In this document: positions 26,190 through 38,912 of the stretch, piece by piece
Position numbering within the stretch: position 1 is the first letter of the stretch
Layout of the letters: every line of letters begins with the position of its first letter
Assembly: GCA_026770705.1 (NCBI GenBank)
Contig: JANJGN010000012.1
Span: 100,006,001-100,070,000, forward strand
Direction of reading: 5' to 3'
DNA length: 64,000 nucleotides
Origin: Isurus oxyrinchus
Taxonomy: Eukaryota
The notes under the pieces: model-generated
Seen by the model: the letters and a program-made list of their open reading frames with translations, nothing else
Database searches by the model: none
What the model was told of the DNA's origin: nothing
Position numbers and translations under genes: made by a program

Positions 26190-26355
26190 TGATGCATCAC
26201 TGGATTTACTGCTGGGTGCAGTCAGGTTCATAATGTACCTCAGAAATGAGAAAAAGACACTGGCTGTCATCACCAAGAAGGCATAGGTAGAGATAGCTGA
26301 GGAGGTGAGCGGCAGACCTTATGTGCCCTGGTCTTGGATGCAGTGCAGAAAGTGG
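26190..26355 (+). pseudogene. Relic Harbinger Myb/SANT exon 1
   Basis: Translates as SLDLLLGAVR...KKA*VEIAEEVSGRPYVPWSWMQCRK. Confidence 0.55.
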
Positions 26356-26731
26356 ATTAGTGCCCTCTAATGTCATGAAAAGTGAATGTATTTGCTGGTT
26401 CCGTTATATCTGCTGGGTTAAGCTCCCACCACTTTCTTGCCAAGCATCACTTCATCTCCTCCTGATTTATCCATTCACCACTACCCAAATCTTTATGCAA
26501 TGTGATTCAACTGTCTTATATTCACCCTGACTGAATGCATGCATCAAGTGAATATGTCACCTTCACTCACTCAATCACAGATCTGTTTTTTTCAAGCCCA
26601 TGAAAGCCCCGACAAAGACTGTTCCACCTGGATTTGTTCAGGACCAGACTAGGGCTTTAGTTAAAATAAAAACTGGAAATGAAACGATCAGCAGGTCAGG
26701 CAGCATCTGTGAAGCAAGAAACAGAGTCAAT

Positions 26732-27507
26732 GAGCGAAATTTAATTGAGCCCACCAGGGCGGGCATGATGGTGGGGTGGCCAGGAGAATCGGATGGGAGT
26801 ACCAACATCGGATTCCTGGTGTCCATTAACTTAAGTTGGGGGTGGGAAGGACCTGATGTGGGAGCCTGCCGCTAGTGGTGGCAAGTCCATTAGGCTCATT
26901 AGTGGGCTAATTTATATCAATTATCCCTGAGCCCACCACAATTCAGTGGTGGCTCAGGGATTAAATGGGAGCTTCCCAGCTCTCCTGTGCCTCCTAAGAG
27001 CTGCCACCAAATCCTATTGGGTTTGCCAGCAGCCTCTCAGGGAGTGTGGTGGGGGGGGGATGGCATCATCATATCAGTAACAGTGCCTATCAAGCATTGG
27101 AGGTGTGGGTGGGGGCTACATTAGGAGGAAAAGTCAATCCCTTTCTCTTGCCTCTGACACCAACTCTCATGACTCCCTCCCTGTGACCCACTTCCTGCTC
27201 TGTGGTCCCTTGTTGATCTTGGGCCTCTGGTGGGTGCATTACTGGCAGCTAACACCACTCTTGGTGGCGCTGATGGCAATGAGTAGCTTCCAGCCTCTGA
27301 AAGACTGGCAGCTCTCAATGGGGGTGATTTCCACCCCGGGGTCCTCAAATTCCACAAGAAGGCCCAACCATGGTCAGTTAAGTGCCTGATGGGCTCTTAA
27401 TTCTGTTGGGCAGAATTGACAGAGGCTCCTCGCAGAACTGACAGATGTTCACCACCAGTTTGCTGACTGTTGGGCAAGATCCCATCGGGCCCATTAAATC
27501 CCACCCA
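26732..27507. mobile_element. MITE with imperfect TIRs
   Basis: 'gagcgaaatttaattgagccc' at the left versus 'gggcccattaaatcccaccc' at the right. GC-rich interior with local palindromes. Confidence 0.45.
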
Positions 27508-27511
27508 ACAT

Positions 27512-27905
27512 TTCAGATCAGTGACCTTCCATCAGAACTGGAAAAGGTTAGAGATGTAATAGGCTTAAAAGTGGGAGAGGGTGGGAAAAAGCACAGGATG
27601 GAAGGGTTGTGAGAGGGTGAAAAGCGGGAGAGAATTAATGACAAAAGTGTTGCTGGTGGTGCAAAAGAAAGTGGTAAGGAATATGTAAGGAAACAAAAGA
27701 TGTGTCTTGTGGTGATGTGAATGGCAGAATGATGGACAGCTACTGTCCAAAAACTAAAACAAAAGATGCAAGAGAGAAAAAACAAGATGAGGCAAGAAAA
27801 AGGAAGTAAACTTGGGGCAAAGTTTATGATCTGAAGTAGTTGAACTTAATGTTGAGCCTAGAAGGCTGTAATGTGCCTCAACAAAAATGACGTACTCTTT
27901 CGAGG
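27512..27905 (-). mobile_element. Penelope-like element 3' fragment
   Basis: Purine-rich tract and 'tctgaagtagttgaacttaatgttgag..agaaggctgtaa.gtgcct' are homologous to 45430-45500. Hammerhead-like core at the left end. PLE assignment is from recall. Confidence 0.5.
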
Positions 27906-28260
27906 GAACTGGGACATCAGTTGTAATAAGTAAGGTATTATTCTGAGGGACAATCACAAGTTTAAATGTGGATCAATCTTGTCTACAGTTAGCCTGTATT
28001 GTAAGTTAGGTGGTGCCTCCTGTGACTTGGGCTCTTCTCCTGTGCAGTTCCTTTCTGTGCACCTTTCCACAAGCTCACCACTCTGCTAGGCTCCTCCCCA
28101 CCATGGACCCTTCCCCACTTCGGACTCCCCCTACCCACCCCACCGTGGACTTCCATGCAGACAGCTAATCCCACTAGAGCACTCAGTTGTTACCCTGGAC
28201 TGTGATAATCTTAATCTTCTGATGTGCTGTCAAATATACCCAATGTAGCTCCATCCTGAT

Positions 28261-28646
28261 GAAAGCAAAATACTCCGGATACTGTAAATCAGTCATAGAG
28301 GCAAAGAGTTATACAGCACAGAAAAAGACCCTTTGGCCCATCGTGTCTGTGCCAGCCACCAAGCACCATTCTATTCTAAACCCCTTTTCCAGCACTTGGC
28401 CCGTAGCCCTGTATGCTGTGGCATTTCACGTGCTCATCTAAATACTTACTAAAATCTGAAATAAAAACAAAAAAATGCTGGAAAACTCAGCAGGTCGGGC
28501 AACATCTTTGGAGAGAGAAACAGAGTTAACTTTTTATGTCCGTATGACTCTTCTTCAGAGCTCTGATTTGAAACGTTAACTCTGCTTCTCTCTCCACAGA
28601 TGCTGCCAGACCTGCTGAGTTATTCTAGCATTTTCTGTTTTTATAT
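28261..28646. mobile_element. Hairpin (inverted-repeat) Penelope-derived element with a 12-bp TSD; contains a nested CR1 tail (~28292-28450)
   Basis: Arms 28461-28530 and 28575-28644 are reverse complements. Flanks are ctccatcctgat (28249-28260) and ctccaccctgat (28647-28658). Confidence 0.75.
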
Positions 28647-29566
28647 CTCCACCCTGATCTTGTCAGTTTGAAAGCTTCCAAAGTATTGAGAAAGCTATAT
28701 TCACATAAGAACTTCCTACCAAACATTTGCTAGAGCAAACTGCAGCACCAGCTGTAACCAATGAGGTTTTATTCAGATAATTCACACTTTTAAATACCTA
28801 CCAGAACTGCAGCTCAATCTCACCCACCCCGGCTGGTCAGTTTCCTGGCCTTGGGAAACCTATACGATAGACATAAAAGTTAAACAGTAAAATTCAATTT
28901 AAAAGCAATTCATTAAAGTTTCCTAAGGATATTAATTACAAGGAATAGGTGTCCACCCTCCTGCACTAATTAACACCCTGATTTTGTCAACTAGGTAACA
29001 TATAGGCACCCAAATGTGCCCCTATTAAAGTGGAATGGAATGCGTTGGAAGCAGCTTTCAGTCGAGATCAAAAAATCAACTATTTTAACACCCCACCCTA
29101 GCCCAAGCTATCTGATTTAAGGGTTAAAATTCCCCTCCAGACTTGTTTCTAACTGCTTCTGACAACATCAGACTATGGGAAAGTCATTGATTCCACCAGC
29201 ATCTACCAGCAATAAGTGTTTGTGTTGGACAGGTATGACAATCCTAATGGGGGTACTGTAGTATGTCATCATAATGAATGCAAAGGAGGTGGCAGCATTG
29301 GATGGATCAGAGAGTCAGTTGGCATATAAAGAGGATAGATTCCACCACATGTTACCCCTCATCACTCCCAAAAGAATACATGAGCGGCACAGATCATATG
29401 AGGAAATTACTGAAGAGGTGTGCATATGAAGAATGCACTTCATCACTGAGGCAAAAGGACAGCACTGCCACCTACTGCATGAAAGCCTGCAGCTATGCTT
29501 ATCTGCCTGCATTACTCTTTTTGTGGTTATAAATGTGAGTACTGTACTCAAGTTTTATAACACAGG

Positions 29567-30238
29567 GGGCAGGATTTTACGTCCCGCAGGCGGGCACGCA
29601 CCCCACACCATCGGGTGTAAAATAGCATGTTATGACATTGAGCGAGCGTCCCGACATCATCGTGCACTCGTAATATTTCGGTCGGCCGGCACTCGCTGGT
29701 GTTGGCACTGCGCCCACCGACAATTAAGAGGCCTATTAAGGCCATAAAAGTTTCAATTAACTGCCATTTTTCACTGCCCATCCAACCTTACAATTGGCAG
29801 GTAGGTGAATCGGCCAGGCGACCTTTGGATTTTCTAGGAAACCTCATCCATGGGCAGTTTGAGATTTCTGACATTAATTTTTTAAAAAGTAAAATATTTT
29901 GAGATAATTTTTATTATGTTTATGTTTATGTTCATATGAGTGAGTCCTAGGGAACATTTTTTTCTGATTTTCAAAAGTTTTATTTTTGATTTTAAAATTC
30001 TGCCTTCAGGGAGCTTTCAGTGCTCGCACCCCCACGCATGCGCAGGCTTTTGCGCTTGCACTCCCCTCACTTCGACCCCGGCAGCACTGAGCTTCTCAGC
30101 GCGCCTTTCACGCTGGCTGGCTATTAATTGGCCAGCTAGTGTGAAATCACGTTGGTGCCAATCATGGGTGGCGGGCCGTTTCCCGGCTGCTCCTGGGCCT
30201 GCCAACTGTGCCTGCCCGACAAATCAAAAATCCTGCCC
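29567..30238 (+). mobile_element. Complete Harbinger-type MITE
   Basis: Perfect 12-bp TIR gggcaggatttt / aaaatcctgccc. 3-bp TSD 'agg' at 29564-29566 and 30239-30241. Confidence 0.85.
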
Positions 30239-31214
30239 AGGGTCATTTCAGGAAGCCTTGAGCAACTTTGCAATATCAGCAAGTTGTAGTACGGGCACTT
30301 ATCACATGACTGACACCCTTTACAGGACAGACGGTGAATCCATGACCTGTAGTGTCACAGAAAAGGCAGCAACAGAATATAATCATCTGCTTCAATGGTG
30401 TTGCAAGCTTCTCTAAAGTCCAAAGTACAAAGAATGGTGCCTCAGCTGCTTTGTAGTGTCCCATTGATCACCCTTTAGAGTAAGGGGTTAACATTAGTTA
30501 CACCTAATACCAATGTAACTATTGATGTAACTATGATAAAATGTCGCATGTTTGAATAATAGATCTGGTGGGAAGCAAAAGTACAACCTGATGTAGAGTA
30601 CTGAGATGTACATTGATCTGTAAATACAAATTTTTTTTACGAATAACGGTCTATGGTAACATTCTTAGGGTAACAGGCATCTAGGAAACCCCATCTAGAC
30701 TGCAAACTCAAGACGAAACATACCCCATTAAGTAACTCAGTAGGAATGGCTGTGTGTGGCAACACACAGAAGGTCCTACATGTCAATATCTGATATAAAG
30801 AAATTTCACTACATCTTTCAAAATTCAATCCTCATTGAGGGAAGAAAATGTTTTCAACAGAAGGCCTCTGGTTGCCAAAGCCTTCTCCATGCTTTCATGG
30901 ATACAGGTTCCAGTAAGAATGGTACCAGTAGCAGCAGAGGAACACTGCATGCCTGGACAAGATTTGTGATTGAGTGGAACATCAGCCTCTTTTCTCTTGC
31001 AGAGCAGCTTGGGAGGAGATCTATAGTATGTTTCAGCTCATATGTCAAGTATAATTGTAACATTCACAACTTTACATTAAAGAAGGGTTGGACTCTGACA
31101 TTGCTGGTGAGGAGGCTCTTATGCTATTGGATCCAGAACTACATACAGGAGATAATTTTAATAACCTGCACTCAGAAATCCTAAATGACTTGCTCCAAAC
31201 GGCATCAGATTATA

Positions 31215-32010
31215 TCTGTAGGTACACAGGTATAGGAGTGTAAGGTAATGCACTTGGGGAGGGCTAACAAGGCAAGGCAAGATACTGTGAATGATAGGAC
31301 CCTGGAAAGTACTGAAGATCAGAAGGACCTTGGTATGCATATCCATAGGCCCCTGAAGGTAACAGGGCAGGTAGATAAAGTGGTTAAGAAGGCATATGGG
31401 ATGCTTGCCTTTATTAGCTGAGGCGTAGAATACAAGAGCAGGGAGGTTATGCTGGAACTGTATAAAATACTAGTTAGGCCACAGCTGGAGTATTGCATGC
31501 AGTTCTGGTCACAACATTATAGGAAGGACGTGATTGCACTAGAGAAGGTGCAGAAGAGATTTACCAGGATGTTGCTTGGGCTGGAGGACAGATTGGATAG
31601 ACTGGGGTTGTTTTCTTGGAGCAACAAATGTTGAGAGGGAACCTGATGGAGATGTATAAGATTGTGAGGGACATAGATAGCGTGGACAGGAAGGCATTTT
31701 TTTCGTTAGTAGAGGGATCAATAACCAGGGGATTTAAGGTAAGAGGTAGAAGGTTATGAGGGGAGTTGAGGAGAAATTTTTTCACCCAGAGGGTGGTGGG
31801 AGTCTGGAACTCACTGCTTGAAAGGGTGTTTGAGTTGGAAACTCTCGTAACATTTAAGAAATATTTAGATATTCACTTGCGTTGCCATAGCCTCCAGGAC
31901 TATGGGCCAAACGGTGGAAAATGGGATTAGTGTAGTCAGATCTTTGTTGGCTGGTGCTGACACAATGGGCCGAATAGCCTCCTTCTGTGCTGTAGAGGTC
32001 TATGAATCTA
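31215..32010 (+). mobile_element. CR1-like LINE 3' fragment
   Basis: ORF 31449-31634 reads LYKILVRPQLEYCMQFWSQHYRKDVIALEKVQKRFTRML. Tail ends in tctatga repeats. Confidence 0.85.
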
Positions 32011-32209
32011 TGTGTAGGCCATTCAGCCCCACTGCCCTGAACTTGTTCCATCATTCAATAAAATCATGACTGACCTGCGACCTAACTCTATAATCCTAAC
32101 CCTTTGTCCCATATCCTTTGATACTTCTGGCTAAGAAAAGTTTATCAATCTCAGATTTAAAATTAACATTTGATCTAGTACCAATTCCTGTTTCTGGAAG
32201 AGAATCTTA
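32010..32209 (-). mobile_element. CR1-like 3' tail, split by the Harbinger insertion and continuing at 40514-40740
   Basis: 'gtaggccattcagccc...tttctggaagaga' resumes as 'gtgtggaagtgtttcctaatttcac...' on the far side of the Harbinger. Confidence 0.65.
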
Positions 32210-32479
32210 GGGCGGAATCGTCCCAGGTTTGCACTAGGTGTGGTAGCAGGTAAACCGACATTTTCCTCCTAGCCAGGATGGTAGGTTTTCATGCCGAGTC
32301 ATCGCAAACCCGCCACTTTACTTATGCATTCCCGGGAAACACGGCATTTCCATGGTAGGCGGGCTCTCATTCGCCCACCAGGCCATCACCTCACTGCTTC
32401 ATCACGCCGGGCACCAAATTTAAAGTGCAGCCACACACTCACATCGCAATGTTTCCAGTCCAGGACTACTGCAGGGAAG

Positions 32480-33639
32480 ATGTCCACAAATGGCAAAAAA
32501 AATGCATCCCCCAGGTTTAGCGGCGCATCACTGGAATGTCATTTGGATACCATGGAGGCCCAGCACGATGTCCCCTAGACCCTGCTCTGGGCGTAGGTGG
32601 GCAGCAGCGTGACCAACCAGGCTTGGGAGGCTGTGGCAGTGGTGGTCAATGCCAATGCCCTTCAAAAGAGGACAGCCACCCAGTGCCACAAGAGAATGAA
32701 TGATCTCCTCCATTCTGCCAGGGTAACTCACTTTTCTCATCAGTCTCAACTCACACCCTCACAAACCCATCATACATCCACAGGGCTCTCAGTCACTGCC
32801 AGTGCAAAGGACATCACCATTTACTCCCTCACATACACTTTCATTGTCCTCATCCTGTCCATGGGACTCCTCAATGCCAACACAGGCCAGGCATACTTAT
32901 TATCTGGCCTGGCAGGCAGCCTGCTTACACTCTCTCCATCTCTTTTCATGAAGGACAAGCTGGCACACAACAAGAGGGAGAAGTCACAGACTGGCGGAGG
33001 AATGCCTGAAATCAAGGTCCTCACTGACTTTGAAAACAGAGCCATCCAGTTGGCTGGCAACGATCAGGACCAGTCCAGTGCTGACAGTGAGGTTGGCGCT
33101 GCTGTACCAAGTGAGGGTTCAGCAGTGCAACATCCATCAGACAACCATGCCATGAGTGATGAGTCCTGTTTCACAGGCCACTGCCATGTGCTCATTATCT
33201 CCCCTTGCTTTCGCAGGCACATCTGCCAAACAGCCGATTGAGTCTATGACCCAGGGCCTCCAATCAAGCCCCGAAGAAACCTCTGAAGAGGAATCTGAAG
33301 GTGCCCTCCTTGAAATCCCAAGACAGCGTTCACCCATACCCTGCACCAATGCAGAGACACACACTTCAGTGGGACTTGACTTTAGAATAGTCTCAGGATC
33401 ACAATCTGGTGAATACATCGCACTTTCTGATCCACAGCAGGTGGGACTTCCCAAGTATCCGGCACTCAGAGGACTCCAAAAGCAGGCCGGGACCTTCCAG
33501 ATCTCAGCCCTCTAGAGGACATCCACCAAGGCCATCACAGACAGTGCATTGCAGCCAGCAGGCTGCCTCCACCTTTGCTATGGATGTCTGGGGAGCACCA
33601 AGATGTAGGGGCAGGGTTAGGAAAGTTAAGAAGATGTAA
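32480..33639 (+). pseudogene. Spliced Harbinger Myb/SANT gene of element A
   Basis: MSTNGKKNASPRFSGASLE...AWEAVAVVVNANALQKRTATQCHKRMNDLLHSAR|gt; DKLAHNKREKSQTGGG; ends GAPRCRGRVRKVKKM* at 33639. Confidence 0.8.
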
Positions 33640-33789
33640 CACTTTCGGAGTCAACCAATTAACTAAATTAACAAAATGGGGACAAAGTAAAAGCAGCCCC
33701 TTAAATTAGGGAAACTGCATGAGCCAAAGACAAAATTTAAAGGAAACTTATCAACCTTAAACCAAAATCTGATTAAAGAGGTCAATAAA

Positions 33790-36100
33790 TTACCCCAGTC
33801 CCCATGGTGCCCACCAGGCACAGACACTGCGTGCTCCCTCTCCAGGGACACCTGGCCGCAAATGTAGCCACAGACAAGGGGCAGACTGTCAGCGCGGACG
33901 ATCCCCTCAATCGGCTGCTGCCTGGACATGTTAATGGCCAACTTGGCCAGGCCCAGGAGCAGGTTCACGAGGAGGTCCTCCTCCCTCACTGCCCCCCTCA
34001 CTGGGTGCCTGTAGATCAGAAACGTGGGACTGAAGTGCAAACAAAATATCAGTAAAAGTTTTTTTAATAACAGAAAAGGGGGTCCAGCATCCAGCACCCT
34101 ATGTAAACATTGTGCATGGATTCCACAAGGCCGCAAAAGGCACAAGTATCCTGAGAGTCCGTGAACCGACATCCTGCGGTTATATGGGACTGCTGCGTGC
34201 AACATCCTCCAGCCCAGATCCCTGATAGAAAGTGAGAGGACACCTCCATAGAGGGCCCCTCAACGGGGACCACTGCCGTCGGATGGCAACAAGGCACGCC
34301 AGGGCGTGTCCGGGGGTGTGGGCGAGGACAAGGAAGTGAAGGGTGTGCATCAGCCCATACAGGAAACCCCTCTGCGCCGTGCTAAACGACTCAGAGGGCA
34401 TTTCTGCAAGGTGGCTCAAGTTGCACGTCATCAGCTCCTGAGGGAGGGTTCGGGGCTTGGGGCCGATGTGGAATTCCGTCTGAACAGAGGTACGCTCAAA
34501 CGGAAGGCCACCTACGTCACCTCGAGACTCAGAATGACGTAGGGGTCGAGCACGACCGTCCTAAGGTCTTGAATGGCATTGACTGCGAGCCAGATGTCCA
34601 TGGGCATGCACCAATTCCTGTGGAAGCATCCAGCCCACTCCTCCACCACCCAGCATGTCCCCAATCCTGGTCACCCGGCAGCCACAGCCCTCCTCTCTGC
34701 CGACCACTGTAAAGGGTGGAGGGCTGGATTCCTGAGCAGTGGCTCTCTGACAATAGCTGCTACTCCTGATGGCGGAGAGCTGCATCGCGAGGTGACCATG
34801 TTCCAGACTTTGATCAGGTCCTGATAAAAGACTGGCAATGCCTGCAAGGAGCCACAAAGGCCCCTCAGGTCTACAAGGAGCCTGTACGTCATAATTCAGA
34901 CCGTGCACCTGGTGGAAGAAATACATCACCAGGGCACACCATCTCGGAGGGGGCTCAACATATAGGTATCGCTGCAGGGCCTGAAGACGGAAAGTCACCA
35001 CCTGGGTGCATGGGCACACCAATGCCTGACCACCCTCCCTAAGCAGGAGACTCAGAGCCTCAGCAGTGACCCAGTGCAGCCTTTTGTCCCAGAAGAAGTC
35101 GACAAGCAAACTCCGGGTTTTTGTGACAAAGTCTGGGGGAGGGGGTCAAAATGACCAGCCGGTACCACAGAATGGCAGCAATCAGCTAGTTTATGACCAG
35201 AACTCGACCCTGGTATGACAGCACTCGGAGCCGTCCTGTCCAGCGCCCAGACAAGTGATGACTTTGGTCTCCAGCTCCTGCCGGTTCGCTGGCCAGGATT
35301 CCTCAGCAGGGCAGAGCTGGACCCCTAGGTAGAGGAGGCTGGTCCTGCTCCAGGTGAAAGGCCTGAGCTCCTTGGGTAGGGGATCCACCTGCCATTGACT
35401 GACCAGGAGTCCAGAACATTTACCCCAGTTGATCCTGGCAGAGGACATGGCAGAGTAGACCTCCTGGCACTTGTGCAACCTCCGCAGGTCAGCCGGGTCG
35501 GTGAACATGAGGAGCACATCATCGGCATAACCTGAGAGGACCACCCCAATGCCCGACCTGCGCAGGACCAATGTCGCCAGATGTCCACCAAGTTGAAGGA
35601 CTGGACCAGGTCCCACCACTTACTCACACCTCGCATGCAGTGCTGGGAACCGTGATGGTCCCGGGTCTTGAGGATACAGTTGAAATCCCGCACGAGGACG
35701 ATGCACTCGCCCGTGTCAATGGAGCCCAGAGGAGTGGACACTTCCTCAAAGAAGCTTGCTTGCGGCTGTGCGCCCATGGGAGCGTGCACATTCACAAAGT
35801 GAAGCACCGCGCTCCCTAGGTCCACAGTAAGATGCAGCAGACAGCCTGGCACCGGCTCCTTGATCCTTAAGATCACTGGTTGAAAATGTGGGGCCAACAA
35901 GATAGCCACCCCACCAGAATTGGAGACTAGGTGACTCCTCGCCACTCCAGGAGCCACGCAGCTTTGTCACTCGGAATGGTATGGGTTTCCTGCAGGAAGC
36001 ACACCACATACGTCCCATCCCGGAGGACCGAGAAGTTCTGGAACCTGCGCTGTGCGTCCCTGCTGCCGTGGATGTTGAGGCTGGCTATGGTAGTCTTCAT
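33790..36100 (-). pseudogene. Tx1 ORF2 with most of the RT deleted (junction at 35570/35571)
   Basis: ATG at 36100. EN motifs run to 'LVDIWRH' and join directly to 'VLRRSGIGVVLSGYADDV'. Copy B has about 1.4 kb (61286-62710) between the same points. Confidence 0.8.
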
Positions 36101-36139
36101 TGTCAGAAGTATGTGCTACCATCACCGAGACTAAATAAA

Positions 36140-37938
36140 AGGAGAGACTCTTCTACATCTTCCTCTCCTTCAGGAGCCCAGCGAGAAATGTGTGAACCCT
36201 CCGCCGGGCATTCCTGTCCAACTCAGGGGCCTTGAAAGCCTCGCAGGTGGACAGAACACCAGCAGATACAAATGCCACCAGTCCATAGACAACTGGACCC
36301 TGTCTCGGCGACTGTGATTACTCACCAGAAAATCCTGAAGTTCACCAATGGGGATGAGGGTGGAGTCGACAGTGGGCACCAAAGCCCTCATCACCTCACC
36401 TGGCTCCAACGACTCTAGGTCATTGGTTGTCCTCACTATCGACAACCCAGCTTCCTCTGGGTCGTTGCCTCTGGCTTCTGACTCTTCTCCCACATTGAGT
36501 GCAGGGGCTGTTTTGGAGCCACCAGCTGGCTCTGTCTCTAACCCCCAGGATCAAGGCCAGAGGGGTCCTCTCTGGCCTCCTCTTAGATTTACAGGTCAGA
36601 GGGTGGCAGAGGCTTGGAGACCCGCTCTGCCTCAGGCACCGGGACACCAGGCGTATCCGGAAAAAGTTCCGTGCTCAGAACTGTAGCGCCTGGTGCCAAA
36701 GGCTGAGATGGAGAAGGGAGGCCCTCCTTGCCACCAGCACCCAATGACCCAATCGTTGGGGCCATGAAGGGACTGCCGCAGTCCCCTGGTAAGCCAGATG
36801 AGTGGGGGACGTCTCTTCTGGTGTAGGCTGGGTCTGGGGAGACCTCCATCTGGGAGGCCACTGCCGCCTCGTCTTGTGTTGCCGGGCACTACATCCTCTG
36901 GGGTTTGGGCAGGTCCACCCTTTTTAATAAGACCACCGAGTTGGGGTCGCGCCGGGCCCAGCACATGGCGCTGAGGCACACATGGGCCTGGGAGCATGCG
37001 CGGACAGGTCGCTAGGCATGGATGATGTCTTTCCCCACTAAGCTGGTGTTTTCAGGGGGGATTGTTTGGTGGTGTTGGGGGCTTTGGGGGGTCTGGAGGG
37101 CTGCCCCCAGGTGGCGGGTCTTCCTTTGTACCTTCTTACGGTGCAGGGGCTCTCCCCCTGCCTCACCAGCAATCGGGATGGCGGTGGCAGCTGGCGGCAC
37201 TTCCCTTTGCGGGGAGGAAGATGGAGCGGTGGAGGGGGGGAGGAGTGGCGGTGCCAGCCTCGGCCGCCTGGATGTTGTTGACAGCCTTGGAGGCGGGGCA
37301 GTTCTTCCTCACATGTCCCACCCCCTTACAGGTATGGCACCGCATGCTATCCGCCGAACAAAAGACATTGTAGGTGGCCTCCTGGAGTTCTAAGGTAAAG
37401 GCCCCCTCCAAGCACTCCTCCCAGGCCAGGCGAACAAAACCCGGCGCTGGAAAGAGTACACATGGCAGAGGGCCGAATCCTTGAGGCCGAGCGGGATCTG
37501 TGCAACCTCCAGCCTGATCTCCCCCCAGTTGATGGAAGTTGGGGAGGAGGAGCTCACTGGAGACAAAGAGCGGAACGTTCAAGATTATGATCCTCTGGGC
37601 GGTGGCCTCCAGAGGGTCCACCTCCAGAGAGGTCCCGCCCACAGTGAGCCCCTTTTCCAGGGCCAGGTGCACTGCCCACTTGGACCTCAGGAAAAATATG
37701 GCCTTGCTGTACATCTTTGAGGCGGTGAATATGGCTGAGGAGCCGACAACCCCAGCCATAGCCTTAACGCACGCCTCAATTGTCATATTGGGGTGAGTAT
37801 GGCTCTTTACCCTGAGTTATTTTGTCACAAGTTTAAAGGGTGATGGGGCTGCAGGAGCAGCAGCAGGAGCAGAGGTGCCACTGCCCCTGCATCGGTGACC
37901 TTGGATGGCTCCATCATGGGCGATGACGGTGTCGCCAT
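36140..37938 (-). pseudogene. Tx1 ORF1 (RRM-like region plus CCHC zinc knuckle), disrupted
   Basis: ATG at 37938; ORF 37163-37786 contains 'ASKMYSKAIFFL', 'IIILNVPLFVS' and CX2CX4HX4C. Confidence 0.8.
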
Positions 37939-38657
37939 GGGTTCCTAGAGCTATACTCACCCCCAAAAAATGTAAGTGCAATAGGAAAGCAACGGGGGAG
38001 TTGGTGGCGGCATTGAATCCCCCCCACCCCGCCCCAGGAAAGAATGGGGGAGAGAGAGAGAGGAGGGCACAGTCGGAAGGACAGTGAGGCACAAGATGGA
38101 CAAGTGCCACAGGTGAACGGTGTGTTGTGGGGGGATGGGTGGAGGAGAAGGAGATGATGTCTTGATTCTTGGGTTTTTTCAGACAGAAGGAGGAGAGTAT
38201 CTTCGCCCAAGGCAACTGGAACTGCTGGCATACAGTCTCTCTAACTCTTCACCGGGCAGCCTCAGCAAACCTGCACTTGGGGTGGGGTGAACACACAAAG
38301 GTCTTTCCCAAATATGCCCACACCTCTCAGATGTTCCTCTTCCTTTCCCTCCCCCTGTAAAAACACAAGTCCAATACAGATCTCCCCTCTTGAGTACACA
38401 CCTTTCGTAGCACCACCGGAAATCTTCTCCCTCCTGGTCCACTCCTTTCCTTCTTCTCTCACTGAAGTAAGCCATGAGCCTCAGGTGTTGAGCTGCTGGG
38501 AACCCCCCCCCACCTGCCCCTTGCAGATGGGCAGTCAGCAGCAGCTCAGTCCCAGCCTTCTAATAAAGTTGCAGGCTCCTGCAGAGCTCCAAACACTAGC
38601 AGCCATTACAATAGCAACAGGGTGTGGCAGCAGAATGGAATACCTCCTCCTCCTCCT

Positions 38658-38912
38658 NNNNNNNNNNNNNNNNNNNNNNNNNNNNNNNNNNNNNNNNNNN
38701 NNNNNNNNNNNNNNNNNNNNNNNNNNNNNNNNNNNNNNNNNNNNNNNNNNNNNNNNNNNNNNNNNNNNNNNNNNNNNNNNNNNNNNNNNNNNNNNNNNNN
38801 NNNNNNNNNNNNNNNNNNNNNNNNNNNNNNNNNNNNNNNNNNNNNNNNNNNNNNNNNNNNNNNNNNNNNNNNNNNNNNNNNNNNNNNNNNNNNNNNNNNN
38901 NNNNNNNNNNNN
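38658..38912. other. Assembly gap (255 N)
   Basis: Run of N between the Tx1 5' UTR, which ends in (cct)n, and the Harbinger transposase. Confidence 1.

Larger units (their letters stand above)
33640..38657 (-). mobile_element. Tx1-clade (L1 group) non-LTR retrotransposon, copy A, internally deleted; 5' junction lost in the gap
   Basis: ORF1 with zinc knuckle CHTCKGVGHVRKNC. ORF2 starts MKTTIASLNI with FLQE, GGVAILL, VNVHAP, DFNC, then GYADDV and a C-terminal CAFCGLVESMHNVYIGC. Homologous to 57731-64000. Confidence 0.9.

Noticed and set aside
30756-31184. 142-aa ORF and overlapping minus-strand ORF
   Set aside because: No recognisable protein family; cannot be separated from chance or very old TE sequence.
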